Assembly: GCA_020137815.1 (NCBI GenBank)
Contig: CM035354.1
Span: 5,208,001-5,272,000, forward strand
From: Hormiphora californensis
Lineage: Eukaryota; Animalia; Ctenophora
Reading direction: 5' to 3'
Length of the DNA: 64,000 bases
How positions within the stretch are numbered: position 1 is the first letter of the stretch; each line of letters begins with the position of its first letter. The notes under the pieces were generated by a model that saw nothing but the letters and a program-made list of their open reading frames with translations, was not told where the DNA came from and did not search any database. Both the position numbers and the translations under genes were made by a program. This document shows, one piece after another, positions 39,394 to 50,433 of the stretch.

Positions 39394-40349
39394 CAAAATT
39401 TTCCTACCTCCGAGTTACATCACATATGTAAACCTCAGAAAAGTGTATTTTTTTACCCTCGGACCCCCCCTCTGGCCTTAATTTCCCAACCTATTATTCT
39501 ACGGGTAACGGGGCCGTTTTTACTGCCCTCACACGGTCAGAATTACTGCACTTTTCTAGACTGAATTACACATTGGTCATTGATAGCACCTCCACCTGTA
39601 AAGTCGGATTTTTGAAACTTTCCGCCTACCCTTTGCCAAGCTAGACTGCCTTTCGCGAGCCCCGCACGAGACTTCCTTTACAAATGTAAAGGGATTATTA
39701 TTTATTTATTTATTTAATCTGATTCAATATATTAATCAATAACAATTGTATACATATTGACACTCCTTTTAGTGAGTAATTAAACGGTTGTCCGGTAAAA
39801 AGTCCATGTTATGCTGATGCCGATTTAAAAGTCCAAGAGGTAATTATATATAGATTAGGTACTGTAATAATAAATAGTAAGTTGATAGATAGATAGTTAA
39901 AAAGGCGTAGATACTTAGATGATTAACTAGGGGGGGGGTAACTAGGGGTAGGGAAGATGCAGAACAGCTAAATATAGCATAGTATAATAAATTAGTATAG
40001 TCGCTGAGTCAAATTAAGCTGTACAGTTAAAACAGATTTTAAAATAAATAGAAAAATAGAAATTACCCTCACATACATGCTCATACCCAAAAGTATACAC
40101 TACACACACACATACACACACACACAGACACACAAAAAACACACTCACACAAACAAGCATGTCCGTAAAAAACACAGACACAGAGTCACACATGACACAG
40201 GAATAGTAATAAGTTAATTAAGATAGGATATTATTATAAATAGTATTAATGATTTAAATAAGCAGTGAAGTGTGCTTGGCCAGCGGGTTGTAAAACTATG
40301 TTATTTTAAGTGGAAGATAGGCTAATTAAGTAATTAGGTGAGGTTAAGT

Positions 40350-43300
40350 TTAACTGGTAAGGAGCTCATCATTAAAAGTGGAGTTTTCTGTGACCTCATA
40401 AACAAGCTTTCTAAACTTATGCTTAAGGTTTCTATCTCTAGAAAAGATAAGTGCTAGGTGGAAGTTGCCAGTGCAAACCGAGACCACACGACACTGGTCC
40501 CTAAGAGCCGATACCGCCCCGACAGCTGGACATTGGAAGAGCTTGTGGAAGGGTGAGTCGTGGTGCATGCCGCATTCCAGGCAGTAAGGTTCCTCTACGT
40601 TCCTGTCAATTCGTTGATAGCTGCCGACAAAGTTTTGAAATCTTAAGCTATGCCCGTGGATGTAGTCCATAGTCAACGAAGAGTGCCTTCTGTCCATACT
40701 CCTATTGGTAAGAGGGGCTATCGAAACCGCTTCAGTATCCACAATAGATCGTAGCTCTTCAACCGTCGTAGTAGGAGAGTCGTCAGCAGAGATGTTCGTG
40801 ATGTTAGCCTTGACGTGATCGTCCCACAATTTGTGCGTGAACATGTCCATAGTGTCCCGGGAATAGAGAAACTCTTCCGACTCATATGACAGTAGATCGC
40901 ATGATCGAATAAATGATCGTCTCCGTCCCGTTTGAGATTCAGCTCTCTGTGCAGTGTTCCAATGGAGATACCTTTTAGTTTCCACAATATGTCCATAGAA
41001 CGGGTGGCTTGCCTCATGCTCAATTTGGAGCAATTTAGCAGTCATGGTGTCTCCCGCTGTAAGACCTTTTAGGACAAACTTCGTTGTGAGTACTGTCAAA
41101 ATAATTGGTAGAGGTGGTATACCAATAAGAAGGTCAGCTAGTGTTTTCGAGATGTGAAATTGGCTTCCAATAATCTTCAGTTTAGCCCTTGCAATTAGAT
41201 CGTTAAAACTGTCCAATCTGTTACGAAGCCATAGAGGTGCTCCGTATAGAAGTTTGGTAAGGATCACCATTCGGAACAGGAGCGAGAGGCCGTCTGTGTC
41301 GAGAATGATTCCCAGCACCTTGCTAGAGTCCGTGTAGAGAATTTCTCTGGGTCCAAGGTACATAGGTTGTGGGGTGGATGATAATTCTTGATTCCTTGGG
41401 TGGATCACGAGAATCTCAGTTTTCCCTCTGTCGCAATTGATGACCAATCTCCATAGACGGCACCATTTCTGGATGTAATTGAGCACGCAGGACAGAGCTG
41501 TTTCACATTGAAGTTGATCTCCGGTTATTACAACCGTGCCATCATCAGCGAACTTAAACGTTTCGCATCTTTCTCGGGCGTCCTCGGGTATATTCTTCGT
41601 TTGTAAGAGATCCGAAACGTATATGATGAATAGCACAGGGGAAATGACTGCCCCCTGCGGTAGCCCGATAAGAGTGCAGTTCCTGGGAGAACCAATTTTA
41701 CCGTTTATCTTCAGCTTCACTTTTCGTGATGACAAGAAACAGTTTACCAGACGTAGGATGTTCCCCTTTATTCCAGCTTTATAGAGTTTGTAAATTAGGC
41801 AGGGGATGGGGACGCTGTCGAAAGCCTTTTCGAAATCCAAGAGAAGTAAAAAGGCAGTTGCTTTTCTCCGTCTGTTCTCGTGCAGTGTAGCCAGGAGACG
41901 GTATAAGTACCGTGTTGTGTTTCGTATGGGAAGAAAACCTTCTTGCTCGTCTTCCAAGATGTTTTCCTCGTAACAATGAGCCCTGATCCTCTTATCCATA
42001 ACTCGCTCAAACATTTTACCAGCATAGCTTCCAATTGAGATCGGGCGAAAAGATCCAGGTTTAAGGTAAGATGATTTTCCTTGTTTCTTGATAAACGATA
42101 CTATGGCTGTTTTCCATGGCCAAACCGAGGTAACGAGGCAGTTTGTGAAAAGTTTTGCCAAGAACATCCTTGCTAAAGGGCCAAGGTGTTTCAATGTCAC
42201 GGGGTGTACTCCATCTCCATCTGTAGATTTGCTTCCACTGCCCTGTACCGATATGGCCGCCATGATTTCCTCTGGTTGAACCTGTTTATTTAACTCGCTC
42301 TCTACCTCCTCATCCTCTCGTAGAAAAGAATCCACTTCCTCTTGTATGAATTCATAGTGTTGCTCGTCAAATTGATGATTCCTCAAATGTTTTCCACCGA
42401 AGAACGTGTCGAACAGGATTTGCTCCTTCTCCCTAGGATCGTGCCGTAAAACTCCGTCGTCATCCAAACATCCAATAAAGTTTTCATCAGGTGTGAGAAA
42501 TATTGATCGATACCGCTTCCAGAATATGTTAGTCTCAGTAACGTTCAGACCACTCAGTCTATCGTGGATCCATTTGTTTTTCCCCTCGATAAGGCTCTCC
42601 TTGAACAGTAGTTTAGCCTCTTCAACAGCAAGTCTGTTAATCCAAGTTCTTCGGTAACGGTATTTTTCCTGAGCATGTTGTAGATTTTTCGATAGTACGG
42701 TCAACTCGGGTGTCCAGTAGGGCTTGCTGTGCCGGCACACTGTTTTCAGAGGGATGTATAGGTCTGAGGCTTCTTTCATGAAACTTAAAAGCTGTCGAAA
42801 CATTTCATTTGGATCTTGTGAATCACAGCTTTGTAGGCAGCATTCGACGTGAAATTTCCACTTTTTCCAATCTGCGTCCTGGTAATTGTAGACCTGTGTC
42901 CTCCGGTTACTCGCTCTAATATTCCCGATTGATGATAGGACCGGAACATGTCCTCTTGCCGGTGCTCCTGTAAAAAGGCATAAGCCGTCCTCTTCATCAG
43001 TCCACGGACCATCGATCGCTAGCCCTGCTCCCCCGAACCGCAGTCCCAGATCAATAACACTCCCTCCATTAACACAGATAAAAGTGTTAGAAAGTGGGGA
43101 GAGAATATCTGCTCCATACTGGTTACAGAAAGAATCGAGTAGGTGTCCACTTTGATTGTATACCTTATCACCCCATGGAATTCCTCTTGCGTTAAAGTCT
43201 CCAAGAACATGAAATACCGGCACTCCGTTTCGTTTGCAGAATTCCCAGGCTTCCTGTATAGACTTCAACAGAACCGACAAGTTATTGTCGGGACTGCTAT

Positions 43301-43601
43301 ACACAGATGCAAACATCATAGGTCGCCCAAGCACAGTCGCTATAGCAAAGATAGCTGCAACATGAGTTTTCTCCAAACTCGTAATTCGATGAGGATGAAG
43401 GCTAGTAGCGATTGACAGTGAGACTCCTCTATCCGCGTCTATTCCAAAGGTGAGCATATTCGTAAAAGCAGTCATTGCCGGAACGCAGCCAGTTTCCTGT
43501 AGTGCGAGTACCGACAATCTCCTATCGGCACTATAGTGGTCTAAAGCAATAAGAGATTGCTTAGAGAGACCAGAAATGTTAATCTGTCCGAGACTAAACA
43601 T
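40350..43601 (-). CDS. LINE ORF2: AP endonuclease + reverse transcriptase + C-terminal CCHC motif; apparent in-frame deletion after LGIILD
   Basis: QINISGL, LALQET, LGDFNAR, SVIDL, FRPISI, LLDFEKAFD, GLPQGAVISP, FADD, CLECGMHHDSPFHKLFQC. Confidence 0.92.
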   Translation of the reverse strand: MFSLGQINISGLSKQSLIALDHYSADRRLSVLALQETGCVPAMTAFTNMLTFGIDADRGVSLSIATSLHPHRITSLEKTHVAAIFAIATVLGRPMMFASVYSSPDNNLSVLLKSIQEAWEFCKRNGVPVFHVLGDFNARGIPWGDKVYNQSGHLLDSFCNQYGADILSPLSNTFICVNGGSVIDLGLRFGGAGLAIDGPWTDEEDGLCLFTGAPARGHVPVLSSIGNIRASNRRTQVYNYQDADWKKWKFHVECCLQSCDSQDPNEMFRQLLSFMKEASDLYIPLKTVCRHSKPYWTPELTVLSKNLQHAQEKYRYRRTWINRLAVEEAKLLFKESLIEGKNKWIHDRLSGLNVTETNIFWKRYRSIFLTPDENFIGCLDDDGVLRHDPREKEQILFDTFFGGKHLRNHQFDEQHYEFIQEEVDSFLREDEEVESELNKQVQPEEIMAAISVQGSGSKSTDGDGVHPVTLKHLGPLARMFLAKLFTNCLVTSVWPWKTAIVSFIKKQGKSSYLKPGSFRPISIGSYAGKMFERVMDKRIRAHCYEENILEDEQEGFLPIRNTTRYLYRLLATLHENRRRKATAFLLLLDFEKAFDSVPIPCLIYKLYKAGIKGNILRLVNCFLSSRKVKLKINGKIGSPRNCTLIGLPQGAVISPVLFIIYVSDLLQTKNIPEDARERCETFKFADDGTVVITGDQLQCETALSCVLNYIQKWCRLWRLVINCDRGKTEILVIHPRNQELSSTPQPMYLGPREILYTDSSKVLGIILDTDGLSLLFRMVILTKLLYGAPLWLRNRLDSFNDLIARAKLKIIGSQFHISKTLADLLIGIPPLPIILTVLTTKFVLKGLTAGDTMTAKLLQIEHEASHPFYGHIVETKRYLHWNTAQRAESQTGRRRSFIRSCDLLSYESEEFLYSRDTMDMFTHKLWDDHVKANITNISADDSPTTTVEELRSIVDTEAVSIAPLTNRSMDRRHSSLTMDYIHGHSLRFQNFVGSYQRIDRNVEEPYCLECGMHHDSPFHKLFQCPAVGAVSALRDQCRVVSVCTGNFHLALIFSRDRNLKHKFRKLVYEVTENSTFNDELLTS

Positions 43602-45265
43602 GATCGTTGCAACGGGTAGAGTACTCAGGGCATGCCATAGTGTTAGCAGAGTGATGTCGGTTTCTGTTATCCTTCCCACTACAGTTAGGGCAGCTTAGGC
43701 CGGAACGGTTGCGGTTTATGATGATTGGACATTCGGTTGGAACATGAGAAGGGTCACTGCAATGAGGGCACTTGTACTCATTCCTACACCAGGCGGCCGG
43801 GTGTCCATATCGCCAACAGTTTTGGCATTGAGCCGGAGTCCTTCGTTGTTTCGTTATGTACTCCCGTAAACGGAAGACACGGTTTCCAATAAAAAGAGTC
43901 TTCCCCATTACATGATCTCTGTCCTCCTTAGATTCAAAAGTAAAGAGATAGCAGGGACGGGGCTTTCCGTCGCGTCCCTTCAATCTGACTGCCTCCATTG
44001 CGATTCCGCTGAATTCAAGTGCCCATGCCTCGGTAACTTGGTCGTCAGAGATTTCTGGTTCCACATAGTCTATCACCGCTTTCCTATCATCAGATACTCT
44101 GGAGTTCATCATTAGTGTTGCTGTCGTTGTCACATCATTTCCTTGGAAGGGGCCACCAGTGCCCCGATCTTGCAAATACCCAAAATGTTAATGTTGCTTA
44201 TTTGGCAGCAATCTGGACATACTGAAGCAATTTCAAGTAACTGACGACCTTTTTTTAGGGAAAGAAGCAACTGCGGAAGCAAAATCTCCGCAAATAAGGC
44301 AGATCTCATTGCTTCCACATTGCTTCCTGCCAAACTGAGACATAAATCAATCATTTGAGGAAGCAATTTCGCGATTTTAAGGAAGCAATATGGAAAATTA
44401 TATGCCCTATTTTTTGAAGATTTTGAAAATCGGGGCACCTCATTGAGGGGTCCCAACCGTTCCCCACCTTTTGTGCTTCAAGGGGAGTAGTAAGCTCTAG
44501 GAGGAGAGTGCCGTGTTTGGTCGGCTTGCACTGAACAATTTCCACACGGGGGTAGTACTCATTAAAATAGTGCATGGATATGTGGCCTTTAGTTAAATAC
44601 TTAGAATAATTACGGATACCTTTAATAATTACTGTTTTAGTGGGGTCACATGGAGAACGTTTAACATTAACTCTATCTTTAACTTTAACAGACAACACAG
44701 GTTTCGAAGCTTTAGTAACAGTGATAAATTCATCATTACCCTGATTAACAATAGCGTTATTTGTACCATTTGCATTATTAGTACCATTAGAGTTCTGATT
44801 TACTCTGATTTCCGACTCATTTGCTGCCTGGGAATACGTTAACTCACGCCGAACTCCTAACTCCTCCTTGACAACATCTCGTACAACACTTTTAACATCA
44901 TTCCTAACATCATTTCGGATCATTTCCCTCAAACTTTCCAGTTCCATTTGAAGATTACTACCAATTGGATTTTGATTATTGTCCTTATTACACGTTTCGA
45001 AAACGGATTCGTTCAGTTTGTAGCTTGTATATAACAGATCCCATAATTGGGTGTCGGTGATGGCCGGTTGCGTTTTACATTGACGTGTAGTGGGTTTTGC
45101 AGCGTGATTATGTCCTTTAGTAAGGGCGTTTAGGATGTCCATTGACTTCAGCGTTGCTGTGAGATCATCGAATTGCTGCCGGAGGTCGGGTGTGACATTG
45201 GGATCAGGAGGTCGACATTGTTCAGAGCTATCACTGTTAGGGCTATCACCCTCGTCATCTCTCAT
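43594..45265 (-). CDS. LINE ORF1 (gag-like, three zinc knuckles), interrupted by a 280-bp insertion
   Basis: CQNCWRYGHPAAWC, CPHCSDPSHVPTEC, CPNC...H...C. Removing 44159-44438 fuses ORFs 44351-45286 and 43594-44175 in frame (...WDPSMSGGPFQG...). Confidence 0.85.
44159..44438. mobile_element. 280-bp MITE-like insertion in LINE ORF1
   Basis: Inverted termini gtgccccgat / atcggggcac; exact removal restores the reading frame; no clear TSD. Confidence 0.65.
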
Positions 45266-45288
45266 TCTACGGCACCTAGAGGCCAAGC

Positions 45289-45325
45289 CTCAATAAATAG
45301 TTTTACGTTGTAGTTGATGAAAGTT
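45289..45325 (-). other. Spliced-leader-like exon forming the 5' end of the LINE
   Basis: AACTTTCATCAACTACAACGTAAAACTATTTATTGAG starts exactly at the TSD and ends in TTGAG. It resembles ctenophore SL exons as I recall them (...ACTTT(T)CAACA(A)CTAC...TAAA...TAATTTGAG); not verified by search. Confidence 0.65.
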
Positions 45326-46202
45326 TGTAAAGGGAGGGTTAGAACATAACAACCTACCCTGTGACACACGATTTATTATTTGTGCGTCGAAACATTGTTT
45401 TGGCCTGTATGGCGGCCAGACAGGTTTTGGCTCTCGTTCCTTTGTTTTTCAATTCTCAACCAAACTCTTCAAACTAAAGATTTGCTCCGTGGAGCGCGAT
45501 TCGTACAAAAATTGAGTGCTTTCTTGTGTTTTTTTTGGTGGTCAGATGAGCACAAATGTCAAATACGACTCCACGCACGAAAAGGGGCGCACATTTTCAA
45601 AAATCCTTAATGATAATTTCGCCCCCACTTTGTAATTTTAGTTTAAACTTTAACTTACTTACTGGACTGCGGAGAAAAAGCGGGCTATCATATTTTACAG
45701 CTTACCAGACGACTGACTGAAACCCTCAAAATAAATTTCTTAGCATTTCCCCTTAAATCGGTGATTACTGATTTATAACAACTCCATCATGTCAGGCATA
45801 CATCTCCCTTGTCCTGGAAGACATGCCATAGGTGCCTTTAGCGCTGCTAACTCGACAAACAACGCCGTGTTTTTGTCTTTTCCGGAGCCGGTTTCTTTGT
45901 TTTCAGGGCCGGATTTTTTAATCATAAAATTGCGCGCCATGCAAATTCAAAACGAAGCGCGCGCCATACTTTTTACAATGCGCGCGAGTATATTTGCGCG
46001 GTCGATTTATGACGTCAGAGGAAAAGACCAGATTTTGGTTCAACAGCGTTTACAAATCAATACAAAACTAAACCGCAATCTAGCGATCAAAATAAAACCA
46101 TGGTTAGCAACCGCTGACAACTGAGGGTCAGCCAGCAAATACATTTTACCGAACAATGTGCTCATCTTTTTAGAAATTTACACGATACCAAAAGGAAAAC
46201 TA

Positions 46203-49200
46203 TTATCGATGCCTTACTCGCTCTAATTCGTCCCTGAGTTTCATGCCTGAAAACACAAACGGCTTAGCCCTGTCGGGCATACGCGTGCCCTGATCGTTAG
46301 TAGTGGGAGAATGAGATAACAGTTCGGGTTCCCAGCCCACAGAGTTCTGAGTTTCCGTGGCGACGGGTTTGGGAGGTTCTGGGGCGTCATCTTGAGGCGA
46401 ATCAGGGGAAGGAGGCGAGGCGGTGGGAGATGAAGGAGGAGCTCCAGGAGAGGTTGGATTCATCTTACCATACACTGCCATCGCCTGGAGATAGGAAAGG
46501 GTGAGAAACACATTGACAAACGAATTAGGAAGGATACCCGAAGGATATGAGTGTGGTTAGAACAAATAATTATGATATTATTTTGATGATTTGGGTGTGA
46601 TTATTACCTGAGCGATCATAGCAGCAGGATTATGGGTGTCCCCAGGTAACAACAAAGTAGTGCTTTCCTTTGCTAACTCCTTAAATGCTACCATGTACTG
46701 TTCAGCAATGGCAAAACTCGCTGCCTGACTGCCGTTCTGAAGAGGGACGATGGTTATTTGTTGTTGGTTAGATAACTAATTCAACTAATTAATCGAACGA
46801 ATCACGTTAACTGAGTTTAAACACCTACCTCCTGACCAACAGCGTTTGCAATTTTCTCAATGGCAGCTGCCCTGGCCTCAGCATTGAGTCTCAATGACTC
46901 AGCCTCTCCAATGGCACTGTTGATCTTTTCAGCTTTCATCGCTTCAGACTGGAGAATAACACTCTGTTTCTCTGGAGGAATACAAGAAGTTAGTCTCAGT
47001 TGAAACTGCTGAGTAAAGTCTAGTTGTTATTAATGTTCTAACCCTCCTTTACATTTGGGTCGCGAAGAGAGAGGATTGAACAAATGTTTAAAGTACGGTG
47101 GAGATCTGACAAAAAACTCACGTCCCTCTGCGATGTTGATCTTGCTGGTTTTCTCTCCCTCACTCTCCAAGATCCTGGCCCTCTTTTTCCTCTCTGCTTC
47201 CACCATCATTTGCATTGCGTGTTTAACAGAATCAGGGATTAGGATGTTCTTGATCTCGTACCGGAGACACAACACTCCCCAGCTCTCGGCCGCGTCATTT
47301 ATTGATGCTGTAAGGGGGGAGGTGCAGTGATAGTAAGATAGTCGGGCGATATCGATAAATTCAGATGATCTGTATAGTCAGGACCACTATTGGTGCGCGG
47401 TCGTGCCCACGGAAGGAGTGCTTGGATCATCTTGAAACCGGTTTTAAATTCACTAATGCATGCCCAAAAGTGTCTGTAGCCATTTGGGTGATGTTCTGAC
47501 AATCCAATCACGAGTTATGACCGAAAAACAGTCAAAAAAGACGTTTTAAAGTGACAAAAAGGAGGATCTGAACACAGCCCTTATATGAAGGGCTGGGGCT
47601 TTGAAACTTCTTGTGTGGACAGAGAATCGTCCAAATTTGCAGTGTCAACTTTCAGATAGTTTCTATCTTTTGTAGTTATCTAATTAAAGTCGTTTAAACA
47701 TGTGAGAAGTTGCTAAAGGGCCCTATAATACTGCTTGTGAAGTGATCACTTGACGAGATTTGCCCAATTAGAGAGCGGATTAAAGCATACAAGCGGTGAG
47801 AGCAAGCAAAATGAGACGGAAGCAGTACCTAATCACCCTGTTTTGTAGGGTCATATAGGTTGTCTCACATGTTTAAACGACTCTAATTAGATAACTACAA
47901 AAGATAGAAACTATCTGAAAGTTGACACTGCAAATTTGGACGATTCTCTGTCCACACAAGAAGTTTCAAAGCACCAGCCCTTCATATAAGGGCTGTGTTC
48001 AGATCCTCCTTTTTGTCACTTTAGAACGTCTTTTTTGACTGTTTTTCGGTCATAACTCGTGATTGGATTGTCAGAACATCACCCAAATGGCTACAGACAC
48101 TTTTGGGCATGCATTAGTGAACTTAAAACCGGTTTCAAGATGATCCAAGCACTCCTTCCGTGGGCACGACCGCGCACCAATAGTGGTCCTGACTAGTAAG
48201 GAATACGGCAAACATCAGCAGTATTGGGGGGGGGGGTGCAGCCCCAAAAAAATTCAAACTTTTTCCGAAACCCAGGGTATGGTTGGTTTTTTTTGGTCGT
48301 TTTTGGTCGTTTTTGGTCGTTTTTGGTTGAAATTTCTTTGATTTTTTTTGGTCGTTTTTGATTTTTTTTGATCGTTTTTGATTTTTTTTGATCGTTTTTG
48401 ATTTTTTTTGATCGTTTTTGATTTTTTTTGAATTTTTTTGATCGTTTTTGATTTTTTTTGATTGTTTAATGTTGAACAAAAAGTTCAAAAAAAATCAAAA
48501 ACGATCAAATAAAATCAAAAAACGATCAAAAAAATTCAAAAAAAATCAAAAACGATCAAAAAAAATCAAAAAAGATCAAAAAAAGATCAAAAAAGATCAA
48601 AAAAGATCAAAAAAAATCAAAAAAGATCAAAAAAAATCAAAAAAGATCAAAAAAAATCAAAAACGACCAAAAAAAATCAACACTTTTGAAAATCCAGGGT
48701 ATGGTTGGTTTTTTTTGGGCTGCACCCCCCCCAGTATTCGTTTAGGGACAAGTCAGTTACAACAGAGTGCAATGTAGTATTGAGCAGTGTAGATTGTTAG
48801 ACTCTCTTACCGACGATATTAGCATTGAGTGTCTCCCTCTCTTGAAAGATCTTATCTAGGGTTATCTTTCCAATCTCACTCCTCATTGTGGTCTGGGCTA
48901 GCTGGCTGATTGCGTAGGTGTGGTCTACAATTCCATAACTTGCCTTGTAGGGGTCTACCACCTGGAAGTGGGAAAATTAAGATCTGGATAGAATTACTAT
49001 CAATAACTACTCAGTCTTATTTCGCTCACTTTGGCACAACCTTTCTGGCAGCACCAGACACCGTTTTCATGACAATGCACTCAGATCAGGTCGGCGCCGC
49101 CAGATAGTATAGGGCACAACACGTTCTATCACAAACCCACCTTGATATACAGGACTCCATCAATATTGAGGGTGACATTGTCACTGGTAATACCACTCTG

Positions 49201-49534
49201 AGAGGGCACATCCATAGCCATTTCCTTCAAACTCTTCTTGTACGCAATACTCTCAACAACTGGCACAACTATGTTAATTCCTGCAGTAGATAGAGTAGTG
49301 ATTAGTGATATAAAGAGATGCAGACAGCTGTAGATAGAGAGAGTAGTTGAGATCTGAAGAGAGGAAGGAAGAGAACGTTGAGAGATTTGGAGCGAGAATA
49401 TAAGGAGAGAGAGTTGTCGATAAGTAGTTGCTGGTTAACTCAGTTATATGTCCCACGAAGAGGCCCTTCAGAAGAATTGACTAAGTAGTTTGAGTGGTTA
49501 TGATGGCAGACAGTAATGACGTCAGCAAAATCTT

Positions 49535-49592
<58 letters not shown>

Positions 49593-49800
49593 GAGATAGA
49601 AAGAAAGAATCTACAGAAAAAGAAGCTCACTTACCAGCTTGTGCCATTCTGTGGTATTTTCCAAATCGTTCAATGACCCACATCTCTTGTTGTGGTACAA
49701 AGTTTATGAAAGTGTTAACCCCGGCAGGGTGCCTCACTGAACTGCCGGCTAACCCTCGTGTTAACTGAGGGGTTAACCTCCCCACCCTCCTCAGGCTCAT
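46203..49800 (-). CDS. STOML2: Stomatin-like protein 2, mitochondrial (exons about 49800-49635, 49280-49141, 48961-48811, 47307-47122, 46971-46829, 46736-46608, 46484-46203)
   Basis: Transit-peptide-like N-terminus; FVPQQEMWVIERFGKY, ITSDNVTLNIDGVLY, QLAQTTMRSEIGK, CLRYEIKNI, MQMMVEAERKKRARILESEG, AEQYMVAFKELAK. Confidence 0.92.
47024..47083 (+). mobile_element. Degenerate third copy of the TTG...CAA mini-element in a STOML2 intron
   Basis: ttgttattaatgttctaaccctcctttacatttg...gcgaa...ttgaacaa; flanks aagtctag / atgtttaa match at 5 of 8 positions. Confidence 0.55.
47377..48193. mobile_element. Foldback MITE (TA TSD) in a STOML2 intron
   Basis: TA-GTCAGGACCACTATTGGTGCGCGG...CCGCGCACCAATAGTGGTCCTGAC-TA; arms about 330 bp, near-perfect. 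Confidence 0.9.
48224..48734. mobile_element. TA-flanked MITE with internal inverted arrays of a 10-bp unit (gatcgttttt/aaaaagatca)
   Basis: ta-ttgggggg...tgcagccc ... gggctgcacccccc..cag-ta; T-rich array followed by its A-rich complement. Confidence 0.8.
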
Positions 49801-50258
49801 TATGTAACGTGATAACGGTGGAGGATAACTGGTGGATATATCAGGTGGAGGTGTTGTTGATTGGTGGATATCAGGACATAGCGCTACTGGGGGAAGAGGC
49901 ACTGGTTAGAACATCAGTTGTTGCTTAGCAATAGAAATGTAGCACATCCTAGAATATGATCATCAGGGTATCAGTACTGGAATAACAAGGTACGTGGGTG
50001 CTGGGGGTATCATTTGGGCAAGGGAGTTAGGTTACAAAATGAGCACTGAGCAGATAACACAGAATGTATTGCATTCTTCTCCTTGTCGTCACATAATCGG
50101 GGGGGGGGGGCACAGAATTGTTCTGGATAATTCTCTACTCCACGTCCTATAAAATGGGAAGTTCATTAAAACAGGGATTTAAATTTTAAAATTTAATACC
50201 AAGCTAATGATGATTATGTTTGACGTAACAATTATATCCACTCCCTTATTTCCAAGTA

Positions 50259-50431
50259 CAGTCGGACCCCGATTTAGGGGCCCCCGATTTAGTGGCACCC
50301 CGATTTAGGGACAGGATTTTTTTTCCCCCGATATAGGAAATTAACCTTATTTGACCCCGATTTAGTGAACACCCCGATTTAGTGGACAAGAGCCTTTCCC
50401 CCGAGGGTGTCCCTAAATCGGGGTCCGACTG
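50259..50431. mobile_element. Tc1/pogo(Tigger)-like MITE
   Basis: TA-CAGTCGGACCCCGATTTAG...CTAAATCGGGGTCCGACTG-TA with internal ccccgatttag repeats. Confidence 0.88.
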
Positions 50432-50433
50432 TA

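Larger units (their letters stand above)
39695..45325 (-). mobile_element. Full-length two-ORF non-LTR retrotransposon (I/Jockey-group-like, gag-like ORF1 plus APE-RT ORF2)
   Basis: 10-bp TSD tgtaaaggga (39685-39694 and 45326-45335), (TAAA)n tail at 39695-39715, ORF1 and ORF2 present. Confidence 0.92.
39633..45352 (-). mobile_element. TTG...CAA mini-element (about 79 bp when empty) split by a full-length LINE
   Basis: The halves 45352-45336 and 39694-39633 rejoin into a relative of the 8010-8072 element; 8-bp TSD cctaccct at 39625-39632 and 45353-45360. Confidence 0.85.

Noticed and set aside
44159-44438. Spliceosomal intron in LINE ORF1
   Set aside because: It starts with GT, but the nearest AG acceptor gives a frameshift; only exact removal of the inverted-repeat-bounded segment restores the frame
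45289-45352. A bona fide SL-RNA gene targeted by a NeSL-like element
   Set aside because: No GT donor or Sm site follows the leader, the upstream sequence belongs to the mini-element, and ORF2 has an AP endonuclease rather than a restriction-like endonuclease
48135-48777. Lys-rich repeat ORFs
   Set aside because: Translations of the 10-bp arrays in a MITE
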